Positions 19,212 through 28,929 of a DNA stretch of 64,000 bases are shown here, piece after piece (the first letter of the stretch is position 1; each line of letters starts with the position of its first letter). The translations under genes and the position numbers were made by a program. The stretch lies in NCBI GenBank assembly GCA_050633305.1, contig JBOEGF010000018.1, forward strand, positions 608,001-672,000, read 5' to 3'. This DNA comes from Nannocystales bacterium (lineage in GTDB: Bacteria; Myxococcota_A; Polyangia; Nannocystales; Nannocystaceae). The notes under the pieces were generated by a model. That model ran no database searches, had not been told where the DNA came from, and saw nothing but the letters and a program-made list of their open reading frames with translations.

Positions 19212-19705
19212 GCCGCGCTTTCCTCTTGGGTGAGGACACCGCCTCCAGTAATCCGTGAGACGACCTCGTCGATATCCAGCACGACGACACTCGTACCGTC
19301 GATGTAGGTCAGCGAGTCGACGACCTCCCCGCCGTCGCTGCACGCCTCGATCGAAGGCGCGCGCAGCTCGTCGACCGGAATGTCGCAAACGTCCGACACA
19401 CCGTCGGCCAGCATTCCCACCGTTCTCTCTTCGCCTGCGACTTCGGCGCGGACGAGAAAGACGACCGACGTTTTTCCGTACTCGTGCTCTTCACAGCCCA
19501 GAACACAGCGGAGCTCGATCACCGGAACGATCACCCCCCGAACATTGACCACACCCCTGATCGCCTTCGGCGCGTTGGGTACATGTGCAGCCCCCTCCCA
19601 GCGTCGAATCTCACTGACCCTGAGAATGTCGACGGCGTACATCGCATCATTCACGACAAAGCTCAGAAGCTGTTTGCAGTCGCCCATTTTTCCCTCCACC
19701 GTCAT
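19208..19705 (-). CDS. cheW: Chemotaxis coupling protein
   Basis: YAVDILRVSEI, VPNAP, GVVNVRGVIVPVI; ATGA overlap with cheA stop. Confidence 0.93.
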   Translation of the reverse strand: MTVEGKMGDCKQLLSFVVNDAMYAVDILRVSEIRRWEGAAHVPNAPKAIRGVVNVRGVIVPVIELRCVLGCEEHEYGKTSVVFLVRAEVAGEERTVGMLADGVSDVCDIPVDELRAPSIEACSDGGEVVDSLTYIDGTSVVVLDIDEVVSRITGGGVLTQEESAA

Positions 19706-21651
19706 GCTGCGATCGTTTCCATCGGGGCCTGGCATAGCCGCCCGATCTCTACGACGTCCAGAATCATGGCGACGACCCCGTTGCCGAGGATCGTGGCAGC
19801 CGCGATACCCGGCGTCCGTCTGAAGTTCTCATCCAAGCTCTTGACCACGATTTGTTGCTGCCCCAGCAGGGCATCGACACACAAGGCGACCGGCCCGCCC
19901 TCGGCCTCCACCAACACGGCGAGACTCGGTGCCCGGCGCTGCGGCAGGGAGAGTATGGCTCCGGCCTCGGCGAGCGGGACGTCACTTCCCCGAAACCGGT
20001 ACAACGAACGGCCACCTGGGATCGTCCGTACGCGGGATCGGTCGAGTCGCTGCGATTCCAAGATCGAAAGCACGGGCACCACAAACGTCTGCCCGCAGAC
20101 CTCGATGAGCTGTCCATCCATGATCGATAGCGTCAGCGGCAGTCGAATCTGAACCGTGGTTCCCTCTCCAGGGGTGGAAAGAATCGAGATCGAACCTCCG
20201 AGAGACTTGATGTTCTTCGCAACGACATCCATGCCGACGCCGCGTCCCGCAACGTCGGTGACCTCGGCCGCGGTCGACAACCCTGGCAAGAACAGTAGCT
20301 CGTTGAGGTTCGCCATCTGCGACGCCTGTGCGTCGGTGACCAGCCCCAACGACTTCGCCTTGGCGAGCACGCGCTCTGTATCGACGCCGCCACCGTCGTC
20401 ACTGACGGATACGTTCACGAAGCCACTCTTCTGCGCGACTTCCATGCGAATCTGGCCAACCTCGGGTTTGTTGCGCTCACGGCGGACCTCCGCCTCTTCG
20501 ATCCCGTGCGCGACGGCGTTGCGGAGGAGGTGCAAGAGCGGGTCGGCCAAGGACTCGAGAATGAGCATGTCCACCTCGGTTTGCTCTCCGACCAGCTGCA
20601 GTTCGGCCCGTTTGCCCAGACTCTTCGTAGCATCCCGAAGAACCCGCGGCATTCGTGAGAGCACATGCGAAGCTGGGAGCATCCGGACTCGCATCACGCT
20701 CTCTTGCAGGCCTCGGGTGTCGCTCGCCAGCCGCTCCAAACAGTCATACAGAGCGTTGAATTCGCGGCCCGATAGATCGAGCCCAACCTCCTGAAGCATC
20801 GACTGCGTGATCACCAACTCGCCGACCATGTTCATCAGCGCATCGAGTTTCTCTACGCCAATTCGCAACTCTCGCGTGCCACGTCCGCGCTTTTTTCCAC
20901 CCGTTGGAGCAGCCGCGTTCGAGACGGGCGCAGGATCGGTCTTGGGGGCCTGCTTTGCGGTGGGTTGGTCGACACGCTCGACCGAGACCTCGGCTTCGCC
21001 GGAAAGCCATGAGACGCAGTCCTCGACCGACTCTTGGTCCTTCTCGGTCGTGACCGTCGCAACGAACCGCAGATGGATATCCAGCGTGTCCAGGTCCTGC
21101 AGACTCGGGAGTCCCTCCCAAGTGCACTGCGTCTGGAGCTCACCGAGAGCGGCGAGAGCCTTGAGCGCCAGCCCGGGGTCGAGCCCCAGGAGCAGCAGCG
21201 GTCCCTCGGGTACGATTGTGACGCGCCAGGTCCCGACAGGCCCTCCGCCGACCTTGGCTCCCCCTGCGGCCATCGTCTCGATCATGGACTTCATCCGCGC
21301 CGACACTTCGGCGGCCACCTCGCCCCAGGCAGATTCGTCCTCCGGGTCGTCCAGCATGAGGTGAATGCAGTCGACCCCCGCGAGGAGTGCATCGATGGCT
21401 TGCTCGTCCATGGCCGCGCCGTGGGTTCGCACCTGGTCTGCCAGGCCTTCCATGGTGTGGGCCAGGCGCCGCAGCGCCGCGAATCCAACTGTGCCCGCGC
21501 CGCCCTTGAGCGAGTGTGCGGCCCTGAACAGCTCGTGAATCGCCTCGGGGTCCGTCGCGTGCCGCTTGCTCACGAGCACGTCTTCGATCGTCGCGAGGTG
21601 TTCGGAAGCCTCAGTCACGAATACGGCGAGCAGTTGATCGGACGGTTCCAT
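19702..21651 (-). CDS. cheA: Chemotaxis histidine kinase (Hpt-P2-like-dimerisation-HATPase-CheW; no REC)
   Basis: RAAHSLKG, LDALMNMVGELVI, HLLRNAVAHG, DDGGG, GRGVGMDVV, RLPLTL, ILGNG; ATG 21651. Confidence 0.95.
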   Translation of the reverse strand: MEPSDQLLAVFVTEASEHLATIEDVLVSKRHATDPEAIHELFRAAHSLKGGAGTVGFAALRRLAHTMEGLADQVRTHGAAMDEQAIDALLAGVDCIHLMLDDPEDESAWGEVAAEVSARMKSMIETMAAGGAKVGGGPVGTWRVTIVPEGPLLLLGLDPGLALKALAALGELQTQCTWEGLPSLQDLDTLDIHLRFVATVTTEKDQESVEDCVSWLSGEAEVSVERVDQPTAKQAPKTDPAPVSNAAAPTGGKKRGRGTRELRIGVEKLDALMNMVGELVITQSMLQEVGLDLSGREFNALYDCLERLASDTRGLQESVMRVRMLPASHVLSRMPRVLRDATKSLGKRAELQLVGEQTEVDMLILESLADPLLHLLRNAVAHGIEEAEVRRERNKPEVGQIRMEVAQKSGFVNVSVSDDGGGVDTERVLAKAKSLGLVTDAQASQMANLNELLFLPGLSTAAEVTDVAGRGVGMDVVAKNIKSLGGSISILSTPGEGTTVQIRLPLTLSIMDGQLIEVCGQTFVVPVLSILESQRLDRSRVRTIPGGRSLYRFRGSDVPLAEAGAILSLPQRRAPSLAVLVEAEGGPVALCVDALLGQQQIVVKSLDENFRRTPGIAAATILGNGVVAMILDVVEIGRLCQAPMETIAA

Positions 21652-21653
21652 GC

Positions 21654-21947
21654 TCAGCCTTCGGTCGCTTCGAGGCGGAGGACCCCGGCAAGGCCCGTGT
21701 GCCGAGCGAACTGCCGGAGCGGCTGAGACGCCGCATGCCACGTGAACTTCGGGCACTCGACCGCAAACGCGAGGAGGACCTGCAGCCCGGCTGTCCCGAC
21801 CCACTCGACATCGCCTCCATCGAGCGCCACCGCGGCATCCCCACCGACGTGACGCAAGAGTTCGTCACGGACATCGTCGGCCGTCGACACCCGGAGGTCA
21901 TCCGGCAGCCGCACGATGGTGGCGGCAGCAGTGTCAGGCCGCGTCAT
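21654..21947 (-). CDS. STAS-domain protein
   Basis: 97 aa; LDGGDVEWVGTAGLQVLLA is the STAS_2-type motif found in chemotaxis clusters. Confidence 0.85.
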   Translation of the reverse strand: MTRPDTAAATIVRLPDDLRVSTADDVRDELLRHVGGDAAVALDGGDVEWVGTAGLQVLLAFAVECPKFTWHAASQPLRQFARHTGLAGVLRLEATEG

Positions 21948-24105
21948 GGTCGGCTCCGGGGGTGTTTGCGCTGGACTCTGCACCGTCCTCGGCCAGCGCC
22001 GTGCTGACGCTCGAGGCGCTTGTGTCGGCTGGAGACATCTCGGCCCAGCCGCCGCTTCCCGCTGGTGCCGGAGTTGTGTCGTCTGTCTCGGTGCCAGCAG
22101 GAGGCGCCGGGCGCCTCGGCTCGAGGGTCGCGTTGCCCCGGTCGCCTTGCCCCACTTCCCCCGCGGGAAGCTCGAAGATCGACAGGAGTTCGGTCGTGCG
22201 GACCGCCTGCCCGCGGAGATTCTCGGCGGTGCGGGAAGACTCTTCGACCATCGCAGCGGTCTGTTGCGCAGCGGCATCGAGGTCGGAGATCGCATCGTTG
22301 ACGTTGTTGATGCCCGCGGAGTGCTCTCGCGATCCGGCTGCGATTTCCGAGATCATCGAGCTGACCGAAGACGCCTGTTCGGCGATCTGCTCGAGGCTGT
22401 CCCGGGACCTGCCGACCCACACCATTCCGTCCTTCACCGTGGTCGCGCTGGACTCGATGATCTCGCGGATCTCCTTCGCCGACCCGGTCGTTCGTTTCGC
22501 CAGGGAGCGGACCTCGGTCGCCACGACCGCAAACCCTCTGCCTTGCTCACCTGCCCGCGCCGCCTCCACCGCGGCGTTGAGCGCCAAAAGGTTGGTCTGG
22601 AAGGCGATGTCGTTGATCACCTCGATGATCTCCGAGATCTTCGACGACTGACTCTCGATTTCCGACATCGTCGACAACGCCTGCGCAACGACTTCGCAGC
22701 CCGCAGACGCGTTCTTGGCAGCATCCGTCGCCAAGCCTTGCGCGTCGGCAGCATTGGACGCAGCGAGGTCGGTCGTGGACGCCATCTCCTCCATCGTCGC
22801 GGCCGATTCCTCGATCGCCGAGGCCTGTTGCAGTGCACGCGCGTTGAGGTCAGTGCTCGCCTGCGCGATACCGTTGGCCGACTCGAGCACTTCGACGGTC
22901 TCTTCGCGCACCTGGCTGACGACCCCACGCAAACTCGTCTGCATGTGGGCGAGGGCAGCGTGCAACTGGGCGAACTCGTCTTCGCCGTCGACACTGACAT
23001 CTCGGGTCAGGTCTCCTCGCGCAATGTCGGAGGCTATGCGAACCGACTCGTTGAGGACCGTGACCAGGCTCCGAAGCTGCCGCCGTCCCATGACGACGAG
23101 AGCACCGAGTAGAGTGACGACCACCCCGAAGAGGGCCGCCACGGTCGCGGTCGCGCCGTCTGCTTCCGCGCTGGTCACCAAGAGCAGATCCGCGCCCAGG
23201 TCCGATTCGAACCGCGCCATGGCGTCGATCTTTGCCGTTTGCAGCTCGAACCAGAGCTTTGGGTCTCCAGCGATCACCGCAGTCGAGGGGACGGAAGAAT
23301 CCGTGTCCGCCGCGGTTCCACTTCGTTGCGCTCCGAGAGCCTGGTCCCGCATCCGCTCCGCATCTCGGCTGACCGCCGCGGCCGAGAGCTCTTCGTAGCC
23401 AGCCTGGTTCTCCTCCGAAGCCAACCCCATGAATGCCTCGAGAAGGTCGGCCTGGCGTTGCACGGTCGCGAGCGTCGCCTCGTACGCCCCGGGTGCGAAG
23501 CGGCCAGACGCGAAGGCGCCCGCGATCCGAGCCCGCTCGATGCCGGCCTGCTCCTTTGCGGCCATGAATGCACCGTACGCACCCGCCTGCAGCAAGACAT
23601 CCGCATCCGAGGATTGGTTCGCCGCACCACGGACGAAGTCGATCAGCTGGGAGTTGATCGCGGTGTAGTATCCAACAGCCGCCGAGCGCTGGGCTGACAA
23701 GTCGTCGATCCGTTCGCGCGTGAGCTCCAGTTTCTCGGCATCGCGGAGGGCGCCGCTGAATGTCGCAGTCGCCTGCCGCCCGAATCGAGTGACGTCGGTC
23801 CCCGCGGCGAGACTCTTCAGCTCTTCCAGTTTTGCGTCCGTCTCGCGGCGCTGGGCCACGAGCTCTTCGCGGAACCTCGCCCCCTTGGAGGACATGAACA
23901 CGGCCGTCATCCCGCGCTCGACCTGCATCTGGTGGACGAACGCCGAGCTTGCCACTGACAGTGTCGCTAGTGTTTCGATCTCGCGCATTTCCGCGGCGCG
24001 ATGCCACTGATTGCGGACCAGGTAGGAAGAGACGAGGGCCAACGCGAGCGCTGGAATCGCCAACATCCAGGTGAGGCGCGCGCGAACGGTGAGTTTGTTG
24101 AACAT
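21934..24105 (-). CDS. Methyl-accepting chemotaxis protein with periplasmic NIT (nitrate/nitrite-sensing) domain and HAMP
   Basis: Two TM segments; NIT motifs VHQMQVERG, AQRRETD, YYTAIN, KEQAGIERA; signalling hairpin IAFQTNLLALNAAVEAARAGEQGRGFAVVA; Tar/Tsr-like methylation helices. Confidence 0.92.
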   Translation of the reverse strand: MFNKLTVRARLTWMLAIPALALALVSSYLVRNQWHRAAEMREIETLATLSVASSAFVHQMQVERGMTAVFMSSKGARFREELVAQRRETDAKLEELKSLAAGTDVTRFGRQATATFSGALRDAEKLELTRERIDDLSAQRSAAVGYYTAINSQLIDFVRGAANQSSDADVLLQAGAYGAFMAAKEQAGIERARIAGAFASGRFAPGAYEATLATVQRQADLLEAFMGLASEENQAGYEELSAAAVSRDAERMRDQALGAQRSGTAADTDSSVPSTAVIAGDPKLWFELQTAKIDAMARFESDLGADLLLVTSAEADGATATVAALFGVVVTLLGALVVMGRRQLRSLVTVLNESVRIASDIARGDLTRDVSVDGEDEFAQLHAALAHMQTSLRGVVSQVREETVEVLESANGIAQASTDLNARALQQASAIEESAATMEEMASTTDLAASNAADAQGLATDAAKNASAGCEVVAQALSTMSEIESQSSKISEIIEVINDIAFQTNLLALNAAVEAARAGEQGRGFAVVATEVRSLAKRTTGSAKEIREIIESSATTVKDGMVWVGRSRDSLEQIAEQASSVSSMISEIAAGSREHSAGINNVNDAISDLDAAAQQTAAMVEESSRTAENLRGQAVRTTELLSIFELPAGEVGQGDRGNATLEPRRPAPPAGTETDDTTPAPAGSGGWAEMSPADTSASSVSTALAEDGAESSANTPGADHDAA

Positions 24106-24414
24106 CGTGCGAGACTCCAAGTGTCCGCTGCCGAGTACATCGGGGGACCCTTCGTCTCTACGGCCGGCACATCCTGCGGGCAACGTGCAACGCCTACCCC
24201 GCTGTTCCGTGTTGGGACGGTGACATGCCTCCGCGAGATGGGTTGCTGGCTCCGTGAGTCCGGCACTCAGGGGTGGTCGACCCCGAGACTCTCCGCGATG
24301 ACGTCCAAGGCGTTCGCTTCCGCGCGCATCCGCGAAGGTGGGATGAGGGCGTGCCGGGAGTTGAAGGTCGCGGTCGCGGCCGAGCGAAACCCGGCGTTCC
24401 ACAGGAGTGCCTTC

Positions 24415-25353
24415 TCAACCGCCCACGCGTTGCATGAAGGCGAGCACAGCATCGCGCATTTGGTCGACACCAGGCGCTTCGAGCGGGAAGTGTCCACAGT
24501 TCGGGAGGCGCATGAACGTGCTCTCGCCCGTGATGCGGGCCACGAATCGCTCGCTGAGTTCGGGCGGCGTCCATCGGTCGACGGCCGGGTGTACGACCAG
24601 GAGCGGCCCCCCTGCGTAGTCCTCGGGCTCGACCAGGAACGGGTCGTTGAGCAGCGTCCGCAAGAATCCCAGCTGCATCCTCGCGCCACCCACCGCCGGG
24701 TCGTTCTCGATCACCCGGACGAGCTCGGGGTCGTTCGCGATGGTCCCGAGCTTGGAAAACCACTTCATTGGGAGCCGGACCCGGTCCGTGAGGGCGTGCG
24801 TGAGGTTGAGGAACACGTTGCTCAGGCCGACGAGTGAAGGGGTGCGTGCGAGTGCTCTGCGTACGTCGTGCTGGCGTGGGTCGCTGAGCATCGTGGCGAT
24901 GGCCCCGACGACACGGGGCGAGGTCGCCGCAAGGTTGTATGCGCTGATGCCCCCGATGCTCATCCCGAACGCAACGAACGGGCGGTCGTCGTCGGCCGAC
25001 TCGCGTTCGACGAACTCGGAGAGGCATTCGACCCACGACGGGTAGGTCACCAGGGCTTTGGGGTCGACCTCGGTCATGCCGAAGCCGGGTAGGTCTGGGG
25101 CGAGAACCTCATAGTCCGCAGCGGCGAGCAATCGCGCGGCGGGCAGCAGCATGCGTCCATTGCCGCCTCCGCCGTGAATCAGCAGCACCCGCAACCGCCG
25201 CGGAGACGCAGGGGCTAGACGGTCGACGTGGACTCGATGACCGCGCCATCGCCACCACGACTCGTGGGGGGCGGTCTCGGGCGTAGAGCGCATTGGTTCG
25301 GGGAATCGTGGCTGGTAGCGGAGCCAGTACCCATCTTCGGCGTAGGTCTTCAT
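24415..25353 (-). CDS. Alpha/beta-fold hydrolase
   Basis: IHGGGGNG, APDLPGFG, GMSIGG nucleophile elbow, DRWTP, CGHFP. Confidence 0.88.
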   Translation of the reverse strand: MKTYAEDGYWLRYQPRFPEPMRSTPETAPHESWWRWRGHRVHVDRLAPASPRRLRVLLIHGGGGNGRMLLPAARLLAAADYEVLAPDLPGFGMTEVDPKALVTYPSWVECLSEFVERESADDDRPFVAFGMSIGGISAYNLAATSPRVVGAIATMLSDPRQHDVRRALARTPSLVGLSNVFLNLTHALTDRVRLPMKWFSKLGTIANDPELVRVIENDPAVGGARMQLGFLRTLLNDPFLVEPEDYAGGPLLVVHPAVDRWTPPELSERFVARITGESTFMRLPNCGHFPLEAPGVDQMRDAVLAFMQRVGG

Positions 25354-25732
25354 GCGACTTTCGGGGTTGTCGTGTCCGCTTAGTGTGTGTCCGCGCGCGG
25401 CGGTGTCGACTCGGGTTTGGCCGTTGCCGCAGACGGTGGCGCGCAGCCAAAGACGGGACTCCTTCCGTCCGGGGCTCGGTTTTCACCGGGGCGTGCGCTG
25501 GGCGAACTCGGACACGACGATGCCCGGCGGGACGCGACTCTGCGGTCCTCGGAACCACAGCGGTCCTCGGGACCGCCACGGGGAGGACCGAGAGCCCGGG
25601 GGCCGTCGCCCTCTCCACCCGCTCGGGTTTCCTGCACGACCCAGGTGTCGTGAGCGACCCCGCGTTCCTCGCCCAAGTTCGTGCTACGGAGCGCCGCTCC
25701 ACGTGGCGCGATACCTGCAGACCTCGGACGCG

Positions 25733-26836
25733 ATGCTCGCGCGAACACGAGGTCGGACCTTTCTTTCCGCGGCTGTCTTTGTGGGCTCTCTCGTCACGGT
25801 GTTCGATGCGGGCGCGGCGTCGAGCGACGCCGGCACTTGCCGCTCCTCGTATATCCCTGGCGTAGTCTCTGGGCTGCCTGCGGACGAGGTTTCCTCCGAA
25901 GGGGTCGTGCCGATCGCACTCTGGGATTTTCCGGTCGAAACACCAGGCCTCGGAATGGTCGAGGTGATCGATCCCGCAGGGGTTCCGTTGGTGGGTTCAC
26001 TCGAGGTTGTCGCGAGCAGGGTCATCGTGTGGCGGCCGGACGAGCCGTTGGTGCCAGGGCTCGTGTACTCGGTCACCGCGAGCACTGACGATCCCGAACA
26101 GCGGTTCGCGGTTCCGGACAATCCGACCGCGGTTTTGCAGTGGTCGTTCGTTGCGGCAGGTGCCCGACCATCCACGGCCGCGTCCGAAGAGATCATCACG
26201 GGCCTCGACTACGTGGTTTCCGAACAGCTGGTCGGCGGATCTCTGGTGTGCTGTGATGGAGCGTTCCCCGTCCTGTCCGGACACGGGGACTCCCTCTGCT
26301 TCAAAGGCCTTTGCGGGTCGACATTCGCAAATGGGTCGCTGAACCTCAGCGTCGAGCTCGCAGTCGCGACACCCGCGGCTGTCGCGGCCAATACGTTCGC
26401 GCGCCGCGTTGGCCTGCCGACCGAGGATGGAGAGCAGAGTTGTTACACCGTCGTCGCGACGGACCTGACCACGGCGAGCGAGACAGAACTGGAGCGCTGC
26501 CACACGCGGCCTCCTGGACAGACCGGCATGGTCGACGACCACGATCCGGTGCCGGCGTTACTCGAGGTCTGCACGCAGGAGCCGTACGTCTGCGGAATAC
26601 ACCGTGAGTCCGACCAGGGCTGGGATTGGAACCCTGAGGATTGCCAGCCGGTCACGGAGTTGGAAGACCTGGACCCCGAGCTCGACGAACCGGCATCCGG
26701 GGAGTCCGGGGAGGCTGGTGCCGAAGACACTCAAGGGTGTGCGTGCCAAGCCGGGCTCGGCGTGAGCCCCATGTCGTTTCTGGGGGCGCCGCTCTTGCTC
26801 TTTGGGCTTGCGTCTCGCTGGCCTCGTGGTCGCTGA
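25733..26836 (+). CDS. Exported Cys-rich protein with Ig-like domain and MYXO-CTERM-like tail
   Basis: Signal peptide; WRPDEPLVPGLVYSVT Ig-like motif; C-terminal GCACQA, hydrophobic stretch and basic residues. Confidence 0.7.
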   Translation: MLARTRGRTFLSAAVFVGSLVTVFDAGAASSDAGTCRSSYIPGVVSGLPADEVSSEGVVPIALWDFPVETPGLGMVEVIDPAGVPLVGSLEVVASRVIVWRPDEPLVPGLVYSVTASTDDPEQRFAVPDNPTAVLQWSFVAAGARPSTAASEEIITGLDYVVSEQLVGGSLVCCDGAFPVLSGHGDSLCFKGLCGSTFANGSLNLSVELAVATPAAVAANTFARRVGLPTEDGEQSCYTVVATDLTTASETELERCHTRPPGQTGMVDDHDPVPALLEVCTQEPYVCGIHRESDQGWDWNPEDCQPVTELEDLDPELDEPASGESGEAGAEDTQGCACQAGLGVSPMSFLGAPLLLFGLASRWPRGR

Positions 26837-26922
26837 GGCGACGCGACGGTGGGCTGCCTCGGTCGACGGAAAAATCGCGTGAGCGCGGAACCCTCGCTCC
26901 GGTTTGGTGTCATGGACCCGCG

Positions 26923-28929
26923 ATGGGCAGTGGAACCCCAACCGTGCTGCGCCTCCTCGCCAGCCTTCTCGCCGTGGGGACTGCTCTGACGGCTGGTGTC
27001 GCGTCTGGGGCTCCCTCGCAGATCATCGAGGTCGCGCACGACGTGGAGGTGGAGTTCCATGAGACCCACGCCACGCTCACCGTCCGCCGCACCCTCGAGA
27101 CGGAACACCTCAATCCCCTCGAGGCGCACCTAAGGATTGGAACGAAGCATCCGTTGGCGGCGACGAGTCTCGCGACACGAGGGAGTGACGGCCAGTGGTA
27201 CCGCGGCGAGCTCATGGACGTTCATGACGCGGTGGACACGTACTGGAAGTTGACCGGCTCCAAGAAGGTCGTCCCCGAGGGCAAACTTCCGCGCCGGATG
27301 CCCTCGCTCAAGCCCAAGGATCCTGCGCTGCTGATGTGGAGGGGCGACGGGCTTTCGTTGTTCGTGTTCCCGCTCTCCGAGGGGGAGTCTCGAAGCGTCG
27401 AGTACACCTTACAAGTCCCCTACGAGCACGAGTCGGGGGCCGATGTACTCTACATCCCGGTCGGAGGGGTCGATGCGCTATCCCCTCGGATTACGTTCTC
27501 ACGGCCGCCTCCGAAGACGGCCGTCACGACCGAAGGGCAGTCGGTCAAAGGTGGGCTCGTCCTGGTTCCGACCTCGACGGGCGAGCTCGCGGTTCGGCTC
27601 GAGTCGTACCGAAGCCCGACCCTGTCGGTGTCACTGGCCTCGATCCCGGCCGACCAACGCCACATGGCGCGGGTCGAGGTCGTGGCGGGGCGAGAGCTCG
27701 GGGTCGATCCCGCTGGCACCCATGCGATCATCGTGGTCGACCGCTCGCGATCGCTCGGTGAAGACAGCTTCTCCGCCGCACAAGCAGCCGTGCAGGCGTA
27801 CCTCGGTGAGCTCGCAGAGGTCGCGGATGCGAGGGTCCAGATCGTTGGGTTCGCGCGGAAGGCCGAGGCGCTGCACAGCGATTTCGTCTCGGCCTCCGTC
27901 GCCGCCGCCGACTTGCGCGACGCCGGGTGGGACCAGCGCAACGGCAGCGACCTGGGGGCTGCACTCCATCTGGCGGCGTCGCGGCTGGAGGACGCTCCGC
28001 GCGACGTGCCCCGACGGGTCCTCGTGTTGTCGGACACTGCACTCACGGACGCCGTCGAGGCCGACGCACTTGCGCAGATCGAGTCACTGTCAGCCGTGGT
28101 GCACCTGGTCGACGTCGAGGGGGCGCGATGGACCAGCATGGAGCCCGCCGAGGACCATCCTTGGGAGGACGAGGTCGTCGCGACGGGCGGCGCGGTGTGG
28201 GCGGCAGCGGTCGATGCCGTGGACGGGGAGACGGGCGAGGTCTTCGCGTCGTGGGTTCGGCCGCAAAGCATTCGGGATGTCAGGGTCAACCTCGACGGCG
28301 AGGAACTCGGTACGACGTGGCTGGACTCGGGCGAGGGGACGCTCGATGTCGAACTCTACGAGCGTGCTCCCCGGGTGCTGCGCGCGACGGGCCGGGTGTG
28401 GGGCCGGACGGTCGAGGCACGCGCGACTCGAACGACGAAGGGCGACCGGGCGTGGAAGACCACGGCTGCCGCGTACCTGGGCGGAGGCATGAGTGAGGCC
28501 GAGATCGTCGACGTCGCGCAGCGGGCCGGCGCCGTCTCTCCGCATACCGCCTTCTTGGCCCTGGAGCCGGGCGCGAGCCCTGGTGAAGCGATGCTGCCGG
28601 ATGATGCAGGGTCGCCGCGAACGGTCTTCGGTTGCAGGCTGCGCGCGGGTGGCTACAGCGGCGACTTCGGCCGCTACTCGTTGACGTTCGACGAGGAGGC
28701 GTTCATCCGCGACCAGGTGACCGAGGCCGTCACCGCCTGCAACGCGACCCACGAGCATGTCTCGGTCGAACTCACGACCACGTACGCCGAAGTCGTGAAC
28801 GTCGACCAGGTCGACATTGAAGGTCAACCCAAGCTCGTAGCGTGCGTGGAGGAGGCGCTTTGGAACGTGGAGTTTCCGCCAGGCCAGCATCGCCGAGCAA
28901 CGCACATCGTGGAGCACGACCCGACGTAG
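26923..28929 (+). CDS. Exported VIT-like/von Willebrand factor A domain protein
   Basis: Signal peptide; VIT-like N-terminus (KDPALLMW, LFVFP); MIDAS VDRSRS, NGSDL, VLSD; C-terminal LVACVEEALWNVEFP. Confidence 0.8.
   Translation: MGSGTPTVLRLLASLLAVGTALTAGVASGAPSQIIEVAHDVEVEFHETHATLTVRRTLETEHLNPLEAHLRIGTKHPLAATSLATRGSDGQWYRGELMDVHDAVDTYWKLTGSKKVVPEGKLPRRMPSLKPKDPALLMWRGDGLSLFVFPLSEGESRSVEYTLQVPYEHESGADVLYIPVGGVDALSPRITFSRPPPKTAVTTEGQSVKGGLVLVPTSTGELAVRLESYRSPTLSVSLASIPADQRHMARVEVVAGRELGVDPAGTHAIIVVDRSRSLGEDSFSAAQAAVQAYLGELAEVADARVQIVGFARKAEALHSDFVSASVAAADLRDAGWDQRNGSDLGAALHLAASRLEDAPRDVPRRVLVLSDTALTDAVEADALAQIESLSAVVHLVDVEGARWTSMEPAEDHPWEDEVVATGGAVWAAAVDAVDGETGEVFASWVRPQSIRDVRVNLDGEELGTTWLDSGEGTLDVELYERAPRVLRATGRVWGRTVEARATRTTKGDRAWKTTAAAYLGGGMSEAEIVDVAQRAGAVSPHTAFLALEPGASPGEAMLPDDAGSPRTVFGCRLRAGGYSGDFGRYSLTFDEEAFIRDQVTEAVTACNATHEHVSVELTTTYAEVVNVDQVDIEGQPKLVACVEEALWNVEFPPGQHRRATHIVEHDPT

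Noticed and set aside
24135..24165. Possible sigma28 promoter (CCGATG -10-like) or sigma54 promoter upstream of the MCP
   Set aside because: The TAGA -35 candidate is 12 nt away instead of about 15, and the GG/GC spacing is 11 instead of 10.
25542..25577. Imperfect 18-nt tandem duplication GCGGTCCTCGG(A/G)ACC...
   Set aside because: Only two units with no spacers; not a CRISPR array or iteron set.
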